Below, one piece after another: positions 50,432-63,486 of a stretch of DNA of 64,000 bases. Positions within the stretch are counted from its first letter, which is position 1. The number at the start of each line of letters is the position of its first letter. The position numbers and the translations under genes were made by a program. The stretch is from Protoeuglena noctilucae (taxonomy: Eukaryota). The notes beneath the pieces were generated by a model. It was not told the DNA's origin. It did not search any database and saw only the letters and a program-made list of their open reading frames with translations. The stretch lies in contig OY253672.1 in the NCBI GenBank assembly GCA_958009085.1, forward strand, positions 806,001 to 870,000, written 5' to 3'.

Positions 50432-53400
50432 TCACAAGCGCAGGCGCACGCGCTTGGGGTCGCTGCGGAAGGACGTGTCATTCCTGGGCGGGGTGCGGTC
50501 GCCGGAGATGAAGCGCCGCGTGAAGCGCTTGACGGCCACGGATGCCATGCGGCAGGCGAGGGCCAGCCCGGCCAGGACGCCTGCGCGCAGCATGATGAAG
50601 GACGGCGGGGCCGACAGTGGCACCACCACCTGCAGATGGGGCAAGCGATTGCAGTCAGAATGTGATCATCGGCCTAAGGGCAGCGTCAACTTTCATGAGC
50701 TCGCCCACCACTTCGCTGCCTACCTGCGTGGCCTTGATCAGCGCCACCCCCGCCGCGTGCAGCACGTGTGCCACGGGGCCCGCCCCCGCGGGGATCCCCG
50801 GGACCACGAAGCCCGACCCCGTCTGGGCCCCGGACACGGCCACGGCTGCCACGACGCCCGCCAAAATCCCCAAAGCCACGGCTGCCGTCTGCGAGGTCCA
50901 CACGAGGCGAGCGGGTGTCTTGCGGTGTCACACACGTAGCACGGTGGTGACGCAGACACGTCGCAGTGACGACAGTGCAGCACCCGCAGAGCTGTTTGGC
51001 AGCCACCGCCAGCCGCGGCTTCCCAGGTGCCACCTCGATTGTCCCCCTCACCTTGAGGGCACTCTCCAGGCGCGTGAAGTTCCTCAGCGCCCCGCTGCAG
51101 CTCTTGCAGATGATGGTATGGCTGTGGTAGCGGTCGAGCAGCTCCTCCATCGTCTTCTCCGGGCCAATGGCACGCGCAAAGGCACGGTCGAACGGACCAA
51201 AGGGGCCCCCACCTGCACAGCGAGACGTGCTGACATGATATGACGATCAACAGCGCCCAGTTAAGGACAACGTCGCCGCGCGTGCTCCATCGGAGACCGC
51301 TCCATCGGTCCCAGCGCTGGAGCGCCGTGCGCCGCTGGGCCCCACCGCACGCCGGGTTCTTATCGGCGCTCACCAGCGTGCCGATCGAGCCACCGCCGGA
51401 ATGCCAGGACAAAGTTGTCCGCGGTCGTCGGGATGTAACAGATCTTGCCCAGTAGGACGCCCCCGGATGCGTCCCGGACGTCCTCTAACGTGTCTGCCCC
51501 GGCCGGCCTCTTGGCAATGTACTCCTGCACCATCTCGCGCTCGCCCTGCACCACGACAAGGCTGGGCTCGCTCAGTCCGGCGCCCCTTGCGCTCTCCACC
51601 CTCTCCACCCTGCATAGCCCAAAGCCTCGGGCATGACTCCAATAGCACCTGCCCCTTAGAGCCGCACACCTTGTGCAGGAAGATCTGGTCATCCTCAAGC
51701 GTGGTGTTGGCGCCGGGGTGGGCGATCCAGCCGGGGATTAAAGGGAAGAGCGTGCGTGGGAGGGAAGATTTGAAACGGAACGGGAAGCGGGAGATGACAC
51801 TGCGGGCAGTGGGCAACAGGGCAGGGCTTGCGGTAATCACAACACGATGCTCGGAGTGGCGCTGACGCTAGTCAATGCCGGTAAGTGAGTACTGGCCTGG
51901 CCATCCGTCGCCCACTCTGGCGGGCCTGAGGCAAAAGCACACTGGAAGCACCAACAGCATGGCACCTCACCGGCAGCGTCCCGGGGCGATGGGCACCGCG
52001 TAGACGACCGTGAGGGTGTCAAAGCCCCGCTTGTCGTAGCACCACAGCCCGTGGACCATCAGGTTGGGCGGGGCGAAGCGCGTGGTCTGGGGGCCGTAGT
52101 ACCCGTTGCGTGGGCCTAAGGGCCAGACACCTCGGAAGCCCAGGATGCTCTCGTCGGAAACTGCGCCGTACGGTCGAGGGGGCTGCGTCACGCGAACGCG
52201 ACACGCTCCGGGCACAGGGTGCTCTATGCAACCCGAGTATGCGACACGCTTTGTGCAACCAGCACTCCATGCCATCGGAGTGCGGTGTTGCGTTTGCTGG
52301 CACGCACCTTGGAGGTCGACGGGGCATGCGTTCTTGCGGTTGCTGACCGTGCCGTGATGCGTGAAGGGCACATGGCTGACGTCCAGCACGTTCTCCAAGA
52401 GCGTGGTGAAATCGTAAGGCAGATCCCGCACCGCAGACCCCATCGTCCACTCCTGCGAAAGGCAAGCGAGGGCTCAGTGCGCTGTGCCTCGGCAGGCAGC
52501 ATGCACAGGTCGGTGGCATGCCAGGCGAGACCTGTGGCACCTCCACATCCCTCACCTCCCGGTTCTCCTCAATCTCGGTGACAATGGGGATGTCCTCCTC
52601 CCGGGGGTCCTCCCCCGGCCTCATGACGCGGGGCTTGACGAAGAGCAGCCCCTGCCGCACCGCGCAAGGGTAGTTCTCCAGGCAAGCGCGGCGGGAAGAG
52701 CAAGCGCGCGTCTCCTGCTCCTTGTCTCGCGCCTGCGGGACCGCCACGCACTGCCCCTCCGCGTTGAACTCCCACCCGTGGTAGGCGCACTCGAGATGGC
52801 CCGCCTCGTTCACGCGCCCCTCGCTCAGGGGCACCAGGCGGTGGGGGCAGCGGTCGCGGTGGCAGCGCCACTGCCTGTGGACGGGCGGGGCAGAACGGCT
52901 CGCTTGCTAGCTACCGGCTACCCTGGGACAGGATGTGTCTAGAGGGGGCAGGTATTGGTGTCTGCAATGCCGCCGCCACGCACACGGTGGCGTCGAGCCA
53001 AATCACGATGCCCTTGCCGAGAAGCGTGAAAGCGTTGGGGGCTCCCGTGTCGAGGTCGTCGGTGAGATGGATGGGATACCACTGGTCCTCCCAGTCGATG
53101 GACTGCACCTCGACGGACGTAGGCGCGGTCTCCATGCTGACCGCCGGCGCAGCCAGGCTCAGTCGCGTCCCCGAGGTCTCCGAAGATGGCCTCGGTATCG
53201 CACGCAGCCGGGATGAGATGCTGGCGGCGGGCGCCGCGCTCGGGCGAGGCGCGGGGCTTCCCGGCAGTTCCCTGCCACGAGCTGGGCCTGCAGGCCGTAG
53301 GGACCCGCCGCGGGTTCACATCAGCCGCGCATCGGTGGCGCACTCTCTCGGATCGTCAATTTCGAGCCCCCGAGGCGACGGAAGCGGCCGGACGAGGGCG

Positions 53401-53573
53401 TGCACGCGACAAGCAAGATAACCTAGCTCACCCCACCGGCGACTCCGGGGAACCCGCCCTTTGAATTGGAAGGACATCGCGAGGCCAGCGTAGGCTCCGC
53501 CACCGCCATCCCTTCCTCCGATAGATGGGCTCCGGCCCCCGGCCACCCTGGGAGCCGCTGCAGCCGCACTCAT
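50432..53573 (-). CDS. Chloroplast Rieske non-heme iron oxygenase, PAO/PTC52/Tic55 family
   Basis: WEDQWYP, DRCPHRLVPLSEGR..LECAYHGWEF (Rieske), LLENVLDVSHVPFTHH (Fe site), LEDDQIFLH, LLDRYHSHTIICKSC, C-terminal TM segments. Confidence 0.92.
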
Positions 53574-53859
53574 CGCACCCCCTCCCCGAACGACGCAGAA
53601 GCGGCTTCGAGGATTCTGAGGCGTCGAAACAAGATGACAGGATGCCTAAGTGACCAATTCCGAGCGTCTATTTTGCTTAAACCTCGAGGGCTGACGGGAG
53701 GATGGCGTCAGTAAACGATCAGGGCACGTGGAAAGCTCGGGGCCCCGAAGGAGATGAGGGCCACAGAACAGACGACGGTGAACAAAGGCCAACATAGAGC
53801 CATAGGAAGGTTGGGCTGTGCGTGTGTGCGCGCTCGACATCAGCGGGCGGTCCAACGGG

Positions 53860-54755
53860 TCACGCGCGGGCGAAGACAGCGCTGAGGGCCACCAGCCCGC
53901 CGAGGGAGACGACCCCAGCCTGCCACAACAACTCGCGCAGGTCGACCGCCGCCTGAGGAGCCGGCGCGTCGGGCGCCCTGCCCATGACGGCGTTGCGCGT
54001 CGTCTCCACGATGGCCATGGCCTCGGCGATGAGGTTCTCGGGGACGCTGAAGTCCTCCCGCATCGTGTCCGCGAGGTGCTTCTTCACCTTGTCGAAGTGA
54101 GAGTCGTTCATGCCCATCTTCTCTCGCAGGGCTTTGTGGGCCGCGTTCATCCCCCGGTAGCTGTACTTGTTGGGCCCCCCGAACGCCATGGTCACCTGCG
54201 GTAATGGCAGGGGCGGGGGCTGTCGCCATCGCGTTCAGAAAAACCACCGCAGTGCCCGACCATGTCCAGGACGCAGGGCCATGACACGTCACAGAAGTGA
54301 GAGCACAGCCACGCAGCACTCACGAAGGTCGCTTGCTTCGCGCGCTGCTTGGCCATGTCGACGCCCGAGAAAAAGCGGACCATTTCGGCGTCGCGCATCA
54401 TCCGCTCGTAGAACTTGTCCACCACTGCCACGATCGTGGCATCGGCCTGCAGATGACCAACCACAAACGTTAGCTGTCCACCTGGTCCCCTGGTCCCGGC
54501 GCCAAGCGCCAAATTGGACCGCCAAAAGCTCCATTCGTCGGTTTACGATTAGCGAGAGAAGGCGCACGAGTGGGGATGCGGCCCGGAAATCCCAAGATCT
54601 AGGCGCAGCTGCGCGCCGGCACGCCGCACGCAGGGTGCACCCTGCCCTGGTCCAAACAGGCAGCACTGCAGGCTGGCGAGGGCATCAGGAGTACGGTTTG
54701 ACCAAACTCGCACGCGCACCTTCCCCGGGCCGCCCAAGATCTCGTACAGCGTCAT
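53860..54755 (-). CDS. Group I truncated haemoglobin (2/2 globin) with hydrophobic C-terminal tail
   Basis: MTLYEILGG.../IVAVVDKFYERM..D...FFSGVDMAKQRAKQATF/VTMAFGGPNKYSYRGMNAAH...HFD.V..HL. Confidence 0.9.
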
Positions 54756-55046
54756 GGCCGCGGTCAATCCACGTATGCACCGGAATAAACTCGAAGATAA
54801 GCTTGTGAACAGAATTGACACATTGACACTCGCAAGGAAGCGCTGCCGACGCGGCTTCAGCGAGGCCTCATCGGCAGGCGGACAGCGAAACTGGGTATTT
54901 GCCCGCGGGTAAGTAGGCGCAGGCGCGGCAGCTTCGAACCGCAGCTTGTCCGCGGCTGGCGAAATCCGCAATTGCTGCCCGCCCGGCCTCGCTCTCTCGC
55001 CGAGGTCCATGCGCTTTGAAGCGCCCTTGATGCGCCCAGCTTGACA

Positions 55047-56945
55047 ATGGCGGGCCCTGGAAGCACGTCGCCGGACGGGACGGCGGCGTCGTGGATGGAT
55101 GCTTGGGCAGGATGGGTGGCAAGGGCCGAGGATACCCCACCTTCGCAAGCAAGTGCATCGCCCTGCGTCGCCGCCCCCTTGGCGCGAATGGTGCCTTAGA
55201 TGTCTCGTGGAGTCTTCACGAATCACCGTTATCGCATACATGCCAGACGGTCATCCTCAAAGAGACCCCTTGCCCGACCCTCTTCGCGCAGGGACCGGCG
55301 CTCCCCGTCCCCCAGCGCACGGCCCAGGTCGACGCACTTCGCCTGGACGAGGAGCTCGCGGACATGCTGCGATCGCAAGTCGCGTCCCTGACGAGGTCTC
55401 TGGGCCCTGCCGGGGGCGCCGCGGCCGCGCGCTTCCTCCCCGAGCTGGACCTGGCCCTCGGGTCCGTCGTTCTCCTGGCCTCCGCGGTTCGCACGGGCTC
55501 CACCCCCGGCGCTGACCTCATGAACCTGCGATACGTAACAACGAGCCCACGGAAGGCGGACTCCGCAGGGCCGGGGCCGGGGCTGGGAGCGCTGCGCAGC
55601 AAGGGACGGGACGCCTCTCCGTACGCACCCCCCGTGCTCTGTCTGGCGATGCTCGCGGCCGTGTCGCTTGGCATACGGTACGGGTGGTCCAAGCTAGTGA
55701 GTTGCTGCGTCAAGTGGGGGTGGGCCTCGGCGCCGGAGGGCTCCTGGCGCCGGAACGTGTGGCGGTGGATGCGGCACGTGGAGCAAGCCCACGCTTTGTG
55801 CAGGTGAGCCACGATCCGGTTGCTGCGACGCCCGCCTCGTTCGCTGCCTGTCTCACTGGCAGTCACCGAGCCCCTCGCCTCGCTCGCAGGGCTGCCAACT
55901 TGGTCGCCTTTCTGTACCAGGGCCGGTATCGCACGCTTGCCGAGCGACTTTGCGGGCTCAGGATGGACTACGTCGACCCCGGGGTCGCGCGTGCCGTCTC
56001 TTACGAGTACCTGAACCAGCAGCTGGTGTGGAGGGAGCTCTCAGGTCAGTGGCGGTTCGGCGATGGCCCGACACCAATGGGCGTTGTGGCCCACTGGGTG
56101 CCCGAGTCGGCCCATGCTTCCTATTCCCTGCGCTTCTCGCAGAACTGGCTTCTGCCGTTATGCCCCTCTTCGACCGACGCAAGGCGATGGCCGTGTGGCG
56201 CTTCGTGCTCGCGCCGGCCGTGTCGGCCGTCATGGCCCAAGGCCGAAGGATGCTGCGTGGCCCGCCGAGGCCCGCGGGCGCGTCAAGAGCGGCTGACGGA
56301 GGCGCTGGGACGGCTGGGCAGGCAGCGGCGCGGGACGAGGCGGGGGGGCGTGATGGAGGGGCCGTCAGACGCCAGGCAGCCGGAGTGGCGATGCCAGCGG
56401 GGCGCCAGGGGACCTCCAGTAAAGGTGGCAAAGGGCCCTCTCCGCCTGATCCCAAGGGCCGCCTGGTGCTGCGACTGCGCGCCACGGGCGGGGAGGCACA
56501 CGTGGGCGACGGGGCCGGGGCAGACGGGGCGGCCCAACCGCTGGGGCGGCCCCGCGACGCATCGGACTTGGAGGATGCAAGAGACCCGGGGAGGGTCGAT
56601 GCAAATTTCAAATTTTCCGTTGGGAGTAAACCTACGGACTCAGAGGTGGCGCCATTGGGGCCTGGGAAGGAGGAGCAATGCACCAAGTGCAAGCGGCGAG
56701 ACGTCGCGTTGCCGTTCGAGGTACCGGCCTGCAGCAGCGTTATACAGCCCGGTTAAGCGCTCTGCAACAGTGCTGCGATGGTGCGATGACGCGCGTGCAC
56801 CCTTGCCCCGCAGGCGCTCCCATGCCGCCACGTCTTCTGCTATGTGTGCCTCTTCACCGAGTGCGCGACGGACCCGGGGTACTGCTGCCCCCGGTGCGGC
56901 AGGCGCGTGGAGGAGCTCGCAAGGTGGCGCGGGGACACGGGGTAA
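55047..56945 (+). CDS. PEX2: Peroxin PEX2 (Pex2_Pex12 domain + RING)
   Basis: QVDALRLDEEL, PELDL, TPGADLMNLRY, FLYQGRYRTLAER, RAVSYEYLNQQLVWRELSE, C..C.../LPCRHVFCYVCL...CPRC. Confidence 0.9.
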
Positions 56946-57099
56946 TGGGCCCAAGCGGCACAGTAGCGCAGATACACTCCCAAATGCCTAGCGAACCTGT
57001 TTGTCCGGCTTCAACAAATGCACGCATGAGATGCTGCTGATTGAAGTGATCCTAGCGATAGAGTGGATGAGTGGGGTCACGAGGTCTGGGGGAGTGGGG

Positions 57100-59339
57100 T
57101 CACAAGCCAAGCTCGTCAAGAAGGGCCAGGTGCTGCGGCACGCCCACGAGGGTGTTGGCGGCGATGGCGCCGCTGGCAGCCACCGCTGGCAGGCCGATGC
57201 CGGGGAACGCCGTGTCCCCGCAGAGGAGAAGGTCGCGGATGGGGGTCTTGCAGCCGGGCAGGACGCCCTGGCCCGCCACAAGGCCTGGGCCGTAGCTTCC
57301 CCGGTGCCGCCTCAGGAAGCGCTCATGCGTGAGGGGCGTGCCGACCAAGGACACGTCGACGCGGGTGCGGATGTCCGCGATGACGCGCTCCACGGCGCGC
57401 CAGAGGACCTCGGAGCGCTGTGCCTTGAGGTCTCGATACGCGGGGCTGCTGCGGTCGAGGCCCTCCCACAGAGCGTAGGGCTCCGTGGCGGGGGTGTAGG
57501 CGTGCAGCACGTGACGCCCGGCGGGTGCCAGGGAGGGGTCCTCCACGCTCGGTATGCTGACCAGCACGACGTTCTGCTCGGCCGCCACACCGCGATCCCA
57601 ATCGTTGACGACGATGTGGTGCATCTGGGAGCGGAGCCAAGGTGACAGGGTTTCAGCCGGCGTCGGGATGTGGGGATGGTCCCGTCGGGCAGGGCGGGTC
57701 TAGACAACTGTCTTGCAGAAGGCACCTGCAGGTCGTCTGGCAGCCCTGTGGCGTCGAACCCCAAGTGCAGGTGCATGAAGGAGTGGATGGGCGGGAGGGA
57801 CTTCGCGCCTGCAAATTTCGGTGCCAGGTCGGGCGGCACCATCTTGGCCAGGTCCCAGAGCGTCGCGTTGCTGATGACCGCCTTGTTCGCCCGCACCTCC
57901 CGGCCGCCCCGCAGCCGCACGCCGACCGCCCGCCCTCCCTCCACCAGCACGCTCTCCACGTGAGACTGCGTGCACAACGGCGCCATGCGCCCTTAATGTC
58001 GGTCTCAGCCAATGAGCGGTATACCGCCCTGCACGCGTCGACTCACGTTGAGCTCCAGCCTCCCGCCGTGCCGCTCCAAGCCGCGCACGAGGGCCTGCAC
58101 GAGGGCCCCTGAACCACCCTTGGGGTACTCTGCAAGACACCAGAGGCAACAGGACACCCTCGGGACGCAGCTGTAGCGCCCCTGGCAAGTAGAGTCACTG
58201 TGCTGAACGCTGGCACCATGCTGCTAGCATGCTCCCTGCTGTGTGATATCGGCCTCACCCAGGAAGGACTCGGGTTTGTACCACTCGTTGAACATGAAGG
58301 CGACCTCGGCAGCAATGGTGCCGTTCGCGGGGAGGCCGCTCAAGAGGAAGCACAGCAGGTCGAGCCAGTTCAACAAGAAGCGGTCCGTCACCACTCCCCT
58401 GGGGCGAAGTAGGGCATGGGCGAGGGGCAAGTGAGTCGATTCCAGCAGGGCATGAGACCTCCATAACTCAGCTTACCTGACACCAGGTTCAACATACATC
58501 AGCGCACCTGATGGCTTCAGAGAAGGGCCCGGCGAGCTTGCCAGCAGAGGGTCCCGACGCCACGATCTCTGGCAGGTACCTCCCGAGCGCCGTGAGGACA
58601 ACGCCCGCGTCCGCACGGATCGCGGTAGGGGGCACCATGGTCGCCGCCCTGGCCAGAGGGCGCATGTGCTCCTGCAGGGCTGCGTCCATTCAGGGAGCAG
58701 CAGCGAAGAGTGAGCCAACGTCAACTACCGCAGCTGCGCCCCAGGCATGGGTGAGCAGGCAGCCACCCACCGCGCCATTCGTGGACGGCTGCGGGGCCCT
58801 GGATCCGCTGAATCACATCCAGAAACTGCTTCGCCCCGACCTCCGTGAGGAACTCCCCCTCAGGCACAATCACGTTCCATGTCTTGTACCGAATGAGCTC
58901 CAGCGGTTCCCCCAGCGCCTGCAGAACGTGCGCCAGCGGGTTGGCTGCCCGCCCCCGCGACGCCATGCCCGAGTAAAGGGACGGGCCGGACTCGAAATGG
59001 TAGCCCTGCGCCGATCGGGCAGCAAGTGGTCACGGCTTCTTCATTAGGTTAAGCAGTGTCATGGCCAGGTCGTGCTCTTCATGCGCACCGAACCTTGGGA
59101 TGGACCCAGCTGTGCGCTGCTCCGCCCGGGATGCTGTGGGACTCGAGGACCGTGACGCTCATGCCGTACTTGGCACACAGGGCCCCCGCGGTGAGGCCAC
59201 CGATGCCCGACCCAATCACGACGACATCTGGCCCTGCTGCCCGCCTGATGACAGCCCGCCGCGATCGGTGAGGCGCCGTCCCCCGGGGCAGCTGGACCCC
59301 GGGGGCTGGACAGGCCTGGCAGAGCGCAAGCGTGCGCAT
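57100..59339 (-). CDS. CRTISO/CrtH-like FAD-dependent oxidoreductase (phytoene dehydrogenase superfamily)
   Basis: DVVVIGSGIGGL, LESHSIPGGAAHSW, FESGPSLYSG, YPKGGSG, SFMHLHLGFD, GTPLTHERFLRRHRGSYGP, CGD.AFPGIGLPAVAASG. Confidence 0.9.
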
Positions 59340-59643
59340 GCGGCCGGGCCAGCGGCAACATCTAATGAACGACTTCACAGCCCATGTCTCTGCTGAGAAC
59401 TCCATCCCTGTCATGTCAGACTGGCGCGACCGAGCTTTGGGCGAGTGCCGCCGAGTCACCCGCTGAATCATCGCGTTGCACCTACCGCGAGTCATTGGTG
59501 GCTTTTTGGCGCCCATCCGTCCCCCGCCACGACTGACCGGCGTCGCTGCGGGCGGATGCGTGAGCCCAAGGCCCATCCGCGATCTCTCGTGGCAATTTGG
59601 GAAGGAACGCGCGCTCTGGGGTCGAGGGGGGCGCACGGCAGCC

Positions 59644-61963
59644 ATGGCGACGGGGCAGGGGTGGCAAGGGTGGGTCGGGGCGCTCCGCCCGCGGCCGTCT
59701 GCCCCCTATTTCGACGTTGCTTGATTGCGATGGGTGCACGGGGGAGCGCGTGGCCTGCATGTCGCTCCCACGCCCGCTCCCCGCGCGATGAAGCGGGGCG
59801 TCACATCGCCGGGCGACCGCGCATCGCAGGCGCAGCGCTCCTGGCGCCCGTGCCTCTGGACGTCTCCTTTGCAACGATTCCCTCACTACTGCATGCGCAT
59901 CCCTCTCGTCCGAGCTGACCCGCGAGCCCCTCCTCGCCTGCGGCGCAGTTCCCTCCAGCAGCCCACCCCGGGGCTCAGCCCCGGCGAGTTCTTCCATGAG
60001 GCCAACTTGGACGTTTTCCTAGGGGATCACGCGGCGCACGGGGACGGGGAGGACTGGGTGCGCTTCTGGGACGATCGGGTCGTCCCGCATGGTGCCGTCC
60101 TGCCCGAGAGCGTGAGCCGCGCGGCGCCTCCAGCCCGACCCTGGCACCGGGGCCCGTTTCTGAGCGCCGCGTGCCGATCCGCGCCAGCATCGGCCCAGGG
60201 GCCCGGAATATATTCCGCTCCTGCGCGATCGCAGGTCGTTCACGACAAGCCCGGCGCGGAGGCTCTCGCGGGCGCGGTTTCGCGCACGTTTGCGGACCAC
60301 GTGTCGTTCCCGCATTCGTCGCGCCCCCATGCCCGTGAGGAGGGCTCGGGGTCCCTGCGAGAGGGCGCCCCTGGGGACGGGGACGGGGATGGCGGCCCTG
60401 GCCCGGTCGGCGCGCGCGGCGGCGGCCAGCGGGGCGCGGAGGACCCCTCATCGGTTGCGGAAGCACTGACATACGAGCGCGACGCGCGGGAGGGTCCTTT
60501 CGGGCCCGACGAGCAGGACACGGACGGGACGGAGGGCCCCAGCGACCCTCAAGCGCCAGAGCCTGCCCCGTCCGCTTACAAGCAGCGACTCCGGTGGACC
60601 CCCGAGCTGCACGAGCGCTTCACGCAGGCGGTGCAGGAGCTGGGCGGCCCGGACGAGGCGACCCCGAAGCAAATCATGCAGCTGATGCAAGTGGAGGGTC
60701 TCACCATCTTCCACGTCAAGGTGACGCCTGCGCCTCTCGCTGCGGCCTCCTGCTGGGGCCGTGGGTGGGGTCGAGATCCGCCCCGCCCCTCTGGACGCTC
60801 CGCAGAGCCACTTGCAAAAGTACCGACAAAACGCGGGGCCCCAAGGCCGCCGGGGGCGAAGGGGGCGGTCGAAATCGCGCAACCGGGCGAAGGATGACCG
60901 CAGCAAACGGCGCCGGGAACTTCCCGAGGCGCTCGCGGCCGGCAGGGGTGGTGCAGGTGAGGTCCAGGCGCCAACACCCATGTGCAGGCACGCGCCGGGC
61001 TCCTTGGGCCGACGAGCGCGCCCTTCCCCGCCCGCAGAGCTGGTGGCGGACTCCCGCACCTTCAAGCAGGAGCCCCTCGGTGGCTCGCCCGTGTCAGAGC
61101 CCGTGGAGTTTCCCCTCCCACTACGCGTCGGAGAACACCCCGCTTCGTTCGTCACGGTCCCCGTGGAGCCGCCGGCGAGGTCGGAGGGCCGCCGCAGGGC
61201 CGCAAACAAGCGCGTGCCGCGGCAGTCGTCGTTCGGGGCGCTGGGCGACTCGGCGGACGGGGGCGCGTCGGGCGGGAGCCCCCGTGGCGCCTCCATCAGC
61301 CTCGGGGGGTCGGACAGCGTGGGCCGGGCCCGGTCCGCGCGGCCCTCGCGGGCGCCGCAGCGTGGGAGCCGCGCCGCGGCCCCGGCGCCCCTCCCGGACG
61401 CCGACGACGCCCCCGGTATGCCGCCGGACCTGCAGGACCTCCTCCGGAAGGTCGACAGGGCGCCTCACGAGGCCCTGCACGTCAGGGACGCGCTGCAGGA
61501 GGCGCTGAACCGGCAGATGCACCTGCAGAAGCTCCTGCACCAGCAGCTGCAGATTCAGCGCGACCTGCAGCTGAGCATGGAGAGGAACAACGCCTACATC
61601 ACGCAGCTCATCGAGGTGAGTGCCATTTAGGAACCTGAGCGTTGCGCCGCGCCCACCCGCGGACCCGTTCCGCGGCTCGTTGCGAGGCACCCCACGCCCG
61701 TCCCCTCGCAGGCCGCCGAGCCGACACCTGCAGCCGAGCCGCCCGTGCCCGTCCACCTGCCCCCTGGCATGATCCCGACACCCGTCTTCCGGCCCAGCTC
61801 CCGCGGTCCTGGGAACTCGCACGGCGAGCCCAGCCACGCTGCGTGGGGCCAAGCCCAGGCCTCGGACGCCGGCGCGCCCAGCCGATCCCGGGGGACGTCG
61901 GTCCACGTGCACGACGCCGAGTACGTCCCGGACCCGGGCCAGCGCCCCCGCGCCTGGCCTTGA
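59644..61963 (+). CDS. GARP G2-like MYB-CC transcription factor (PHR1/PSR1 family); start uncertain
   Basis: KQRLRWTPELHERF..AV..LGGPDEATPK..TIFHVK/SHLQKYR and coiled coil EAL..QM.LQK.LHQQLQIQRDLQL.ME. Confidence 0.9.
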
Positions 61964-62465
61964 CGCGACGACGCCGGCGCAAGCCCTGCGCCTTACCTGT
62001 GCGCGGGCTGAGCCAGCGCGTGCCCCACTGTCGCCGCGTCTTATCACTCTGCTGGCCTTTTACAGAGGCCGTGACCACAGGAGCGCATCGTGGAGCCGGG
62101 TGTTTCCCCTGCCCTTGCTCCCGCCCTGTACAGTATCGCAAGACCCCGTTCCCATCCTCGTTAGCTCTTTCCTCCCCGCCCGGCTGTCTCTTGTCGCCTC
62201 CCTGGCGCCGGCAGTCGCTGCAGCTGTGAGTCGCCCCTTAGGTCGCCCGCAGCTCCCCATGCACTCATGCAAATCGCTTGCGCAGTTCTTTGGTCCCAGC
62301 CACGGTCCCCGCGTCAGCCGCCGCCACTGTCATGCACGCCCAGACCTCGTGCTGCAGTTTGCGGAGATCCTTAGCCTTTGCCGCAAGCGTCGTCGAGACT
62401 CATGCGCCAGTTCAATTGGGGACCTTCCCCCTAAGCTACGCCTGTCATTGAAGAGTCGCCCCACG

Positions 62466-63486
62466 TCACAGCTCTCCCGAAACCTCGTTGTCGCCTTCGC
62501 CATCCTCCCCGGTCTCTGCTGCCTGCTCCCTTTCCTCCTCGGCTCGCCGGCGCTCCTCCTGCAGCACACGGGGCGCCGCACAACACGGCTTAGCAACCCT
62601 GGTCGGCTCCCGCCCGCCGCGTGCCCCAGCGCAGTTGCGAGTGTCACCTCTTCCTCGCGCTCCTGGCGCTCCCTGTCAGCCACCGCCTTCCAGTCCATGT
62701 CGGGCACCTCCTCGGCCGTGCAGAGGCCCGCCGCCTCGACGCAGAGCGCCTCCCGCACGGCAGCCTGGCTCGGGGGCTCCCCATTCACAGGCGTGAGCTT
62801 GCCGTCCCGCACGGGCGCGTAGAAGGCCTCCTCGACGTCGTCGGTGAACTCGTAGCACCACTTGCGCAGCCGCGGGGACGTCGTGCCCACGTCTTGGGGC
62901 GTGGAGCCGCCCGCGTCGCCCCACACGGACGACGCGACCCACTGCCGCCCCTCGGAGCCCTCCTTCCCAGATAGGTGGAAGAGGTGCATGCGGTTGCACA
63001 CGTGCGTGTACCGGTCGCTGCCGTGGATGAGGTCGTGCACGCGCATCTCGGATTCGTAGTACTGGGAGCGCAGGTGGGAGGGCGTGGGATGACGCTGGGC
63101 CGATGTGGGGGACAGCGGGCCAGCGGTGCGTGTCGTTTGTGACACTCACTGAAACGACTCGGCCCGTCCGGCTGCCGGTGCTGTCGATGCGCGATCGCAT
63201 GTCGACGGCGCCCCTCACGCCCTCGTCCTTAATCTTGACATGGATCTCGTCCTACAGCGCAGAGAGTGGATGCAGACTCATATCTGGGGCCATCCAGACA
63301 AGTTTCCCAGCGATGCGAGCTTGCGGTGGATGCATTTTCATTCCGTGACCTCCCACTCACCGCCACCGCCTTGCACGCGCTGCACTCGTGCTCGAGCTTG
63401 ACCGCCCACACGCCAGCGCCCGTCCCCCACGCCCAGCCGCAAAGAGCAAGCGCACAGAGGCGCACGATATCACGTGCTTTCATCAT
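62466..63486 (-). CDS. Canopy/seele-like ER saposin-fold protein (DUF3456)
   Basis: Signal peptide, CSACKAVA, DMRSRIDSTGSR.G, Y.ESEMR, C...LC....LC pattern, acidic tail ending SGEL* after a predicted last intron. Confidence 0.75.

Noticed and set aside
1340..61963. Possible phosphate-response cluster (VTC4, GAPN, HAD, Nudix, PHR-like)
   Set aside because: Scattered over 60 kb among unrelated housekeeping genes; no evidence beyond chance.
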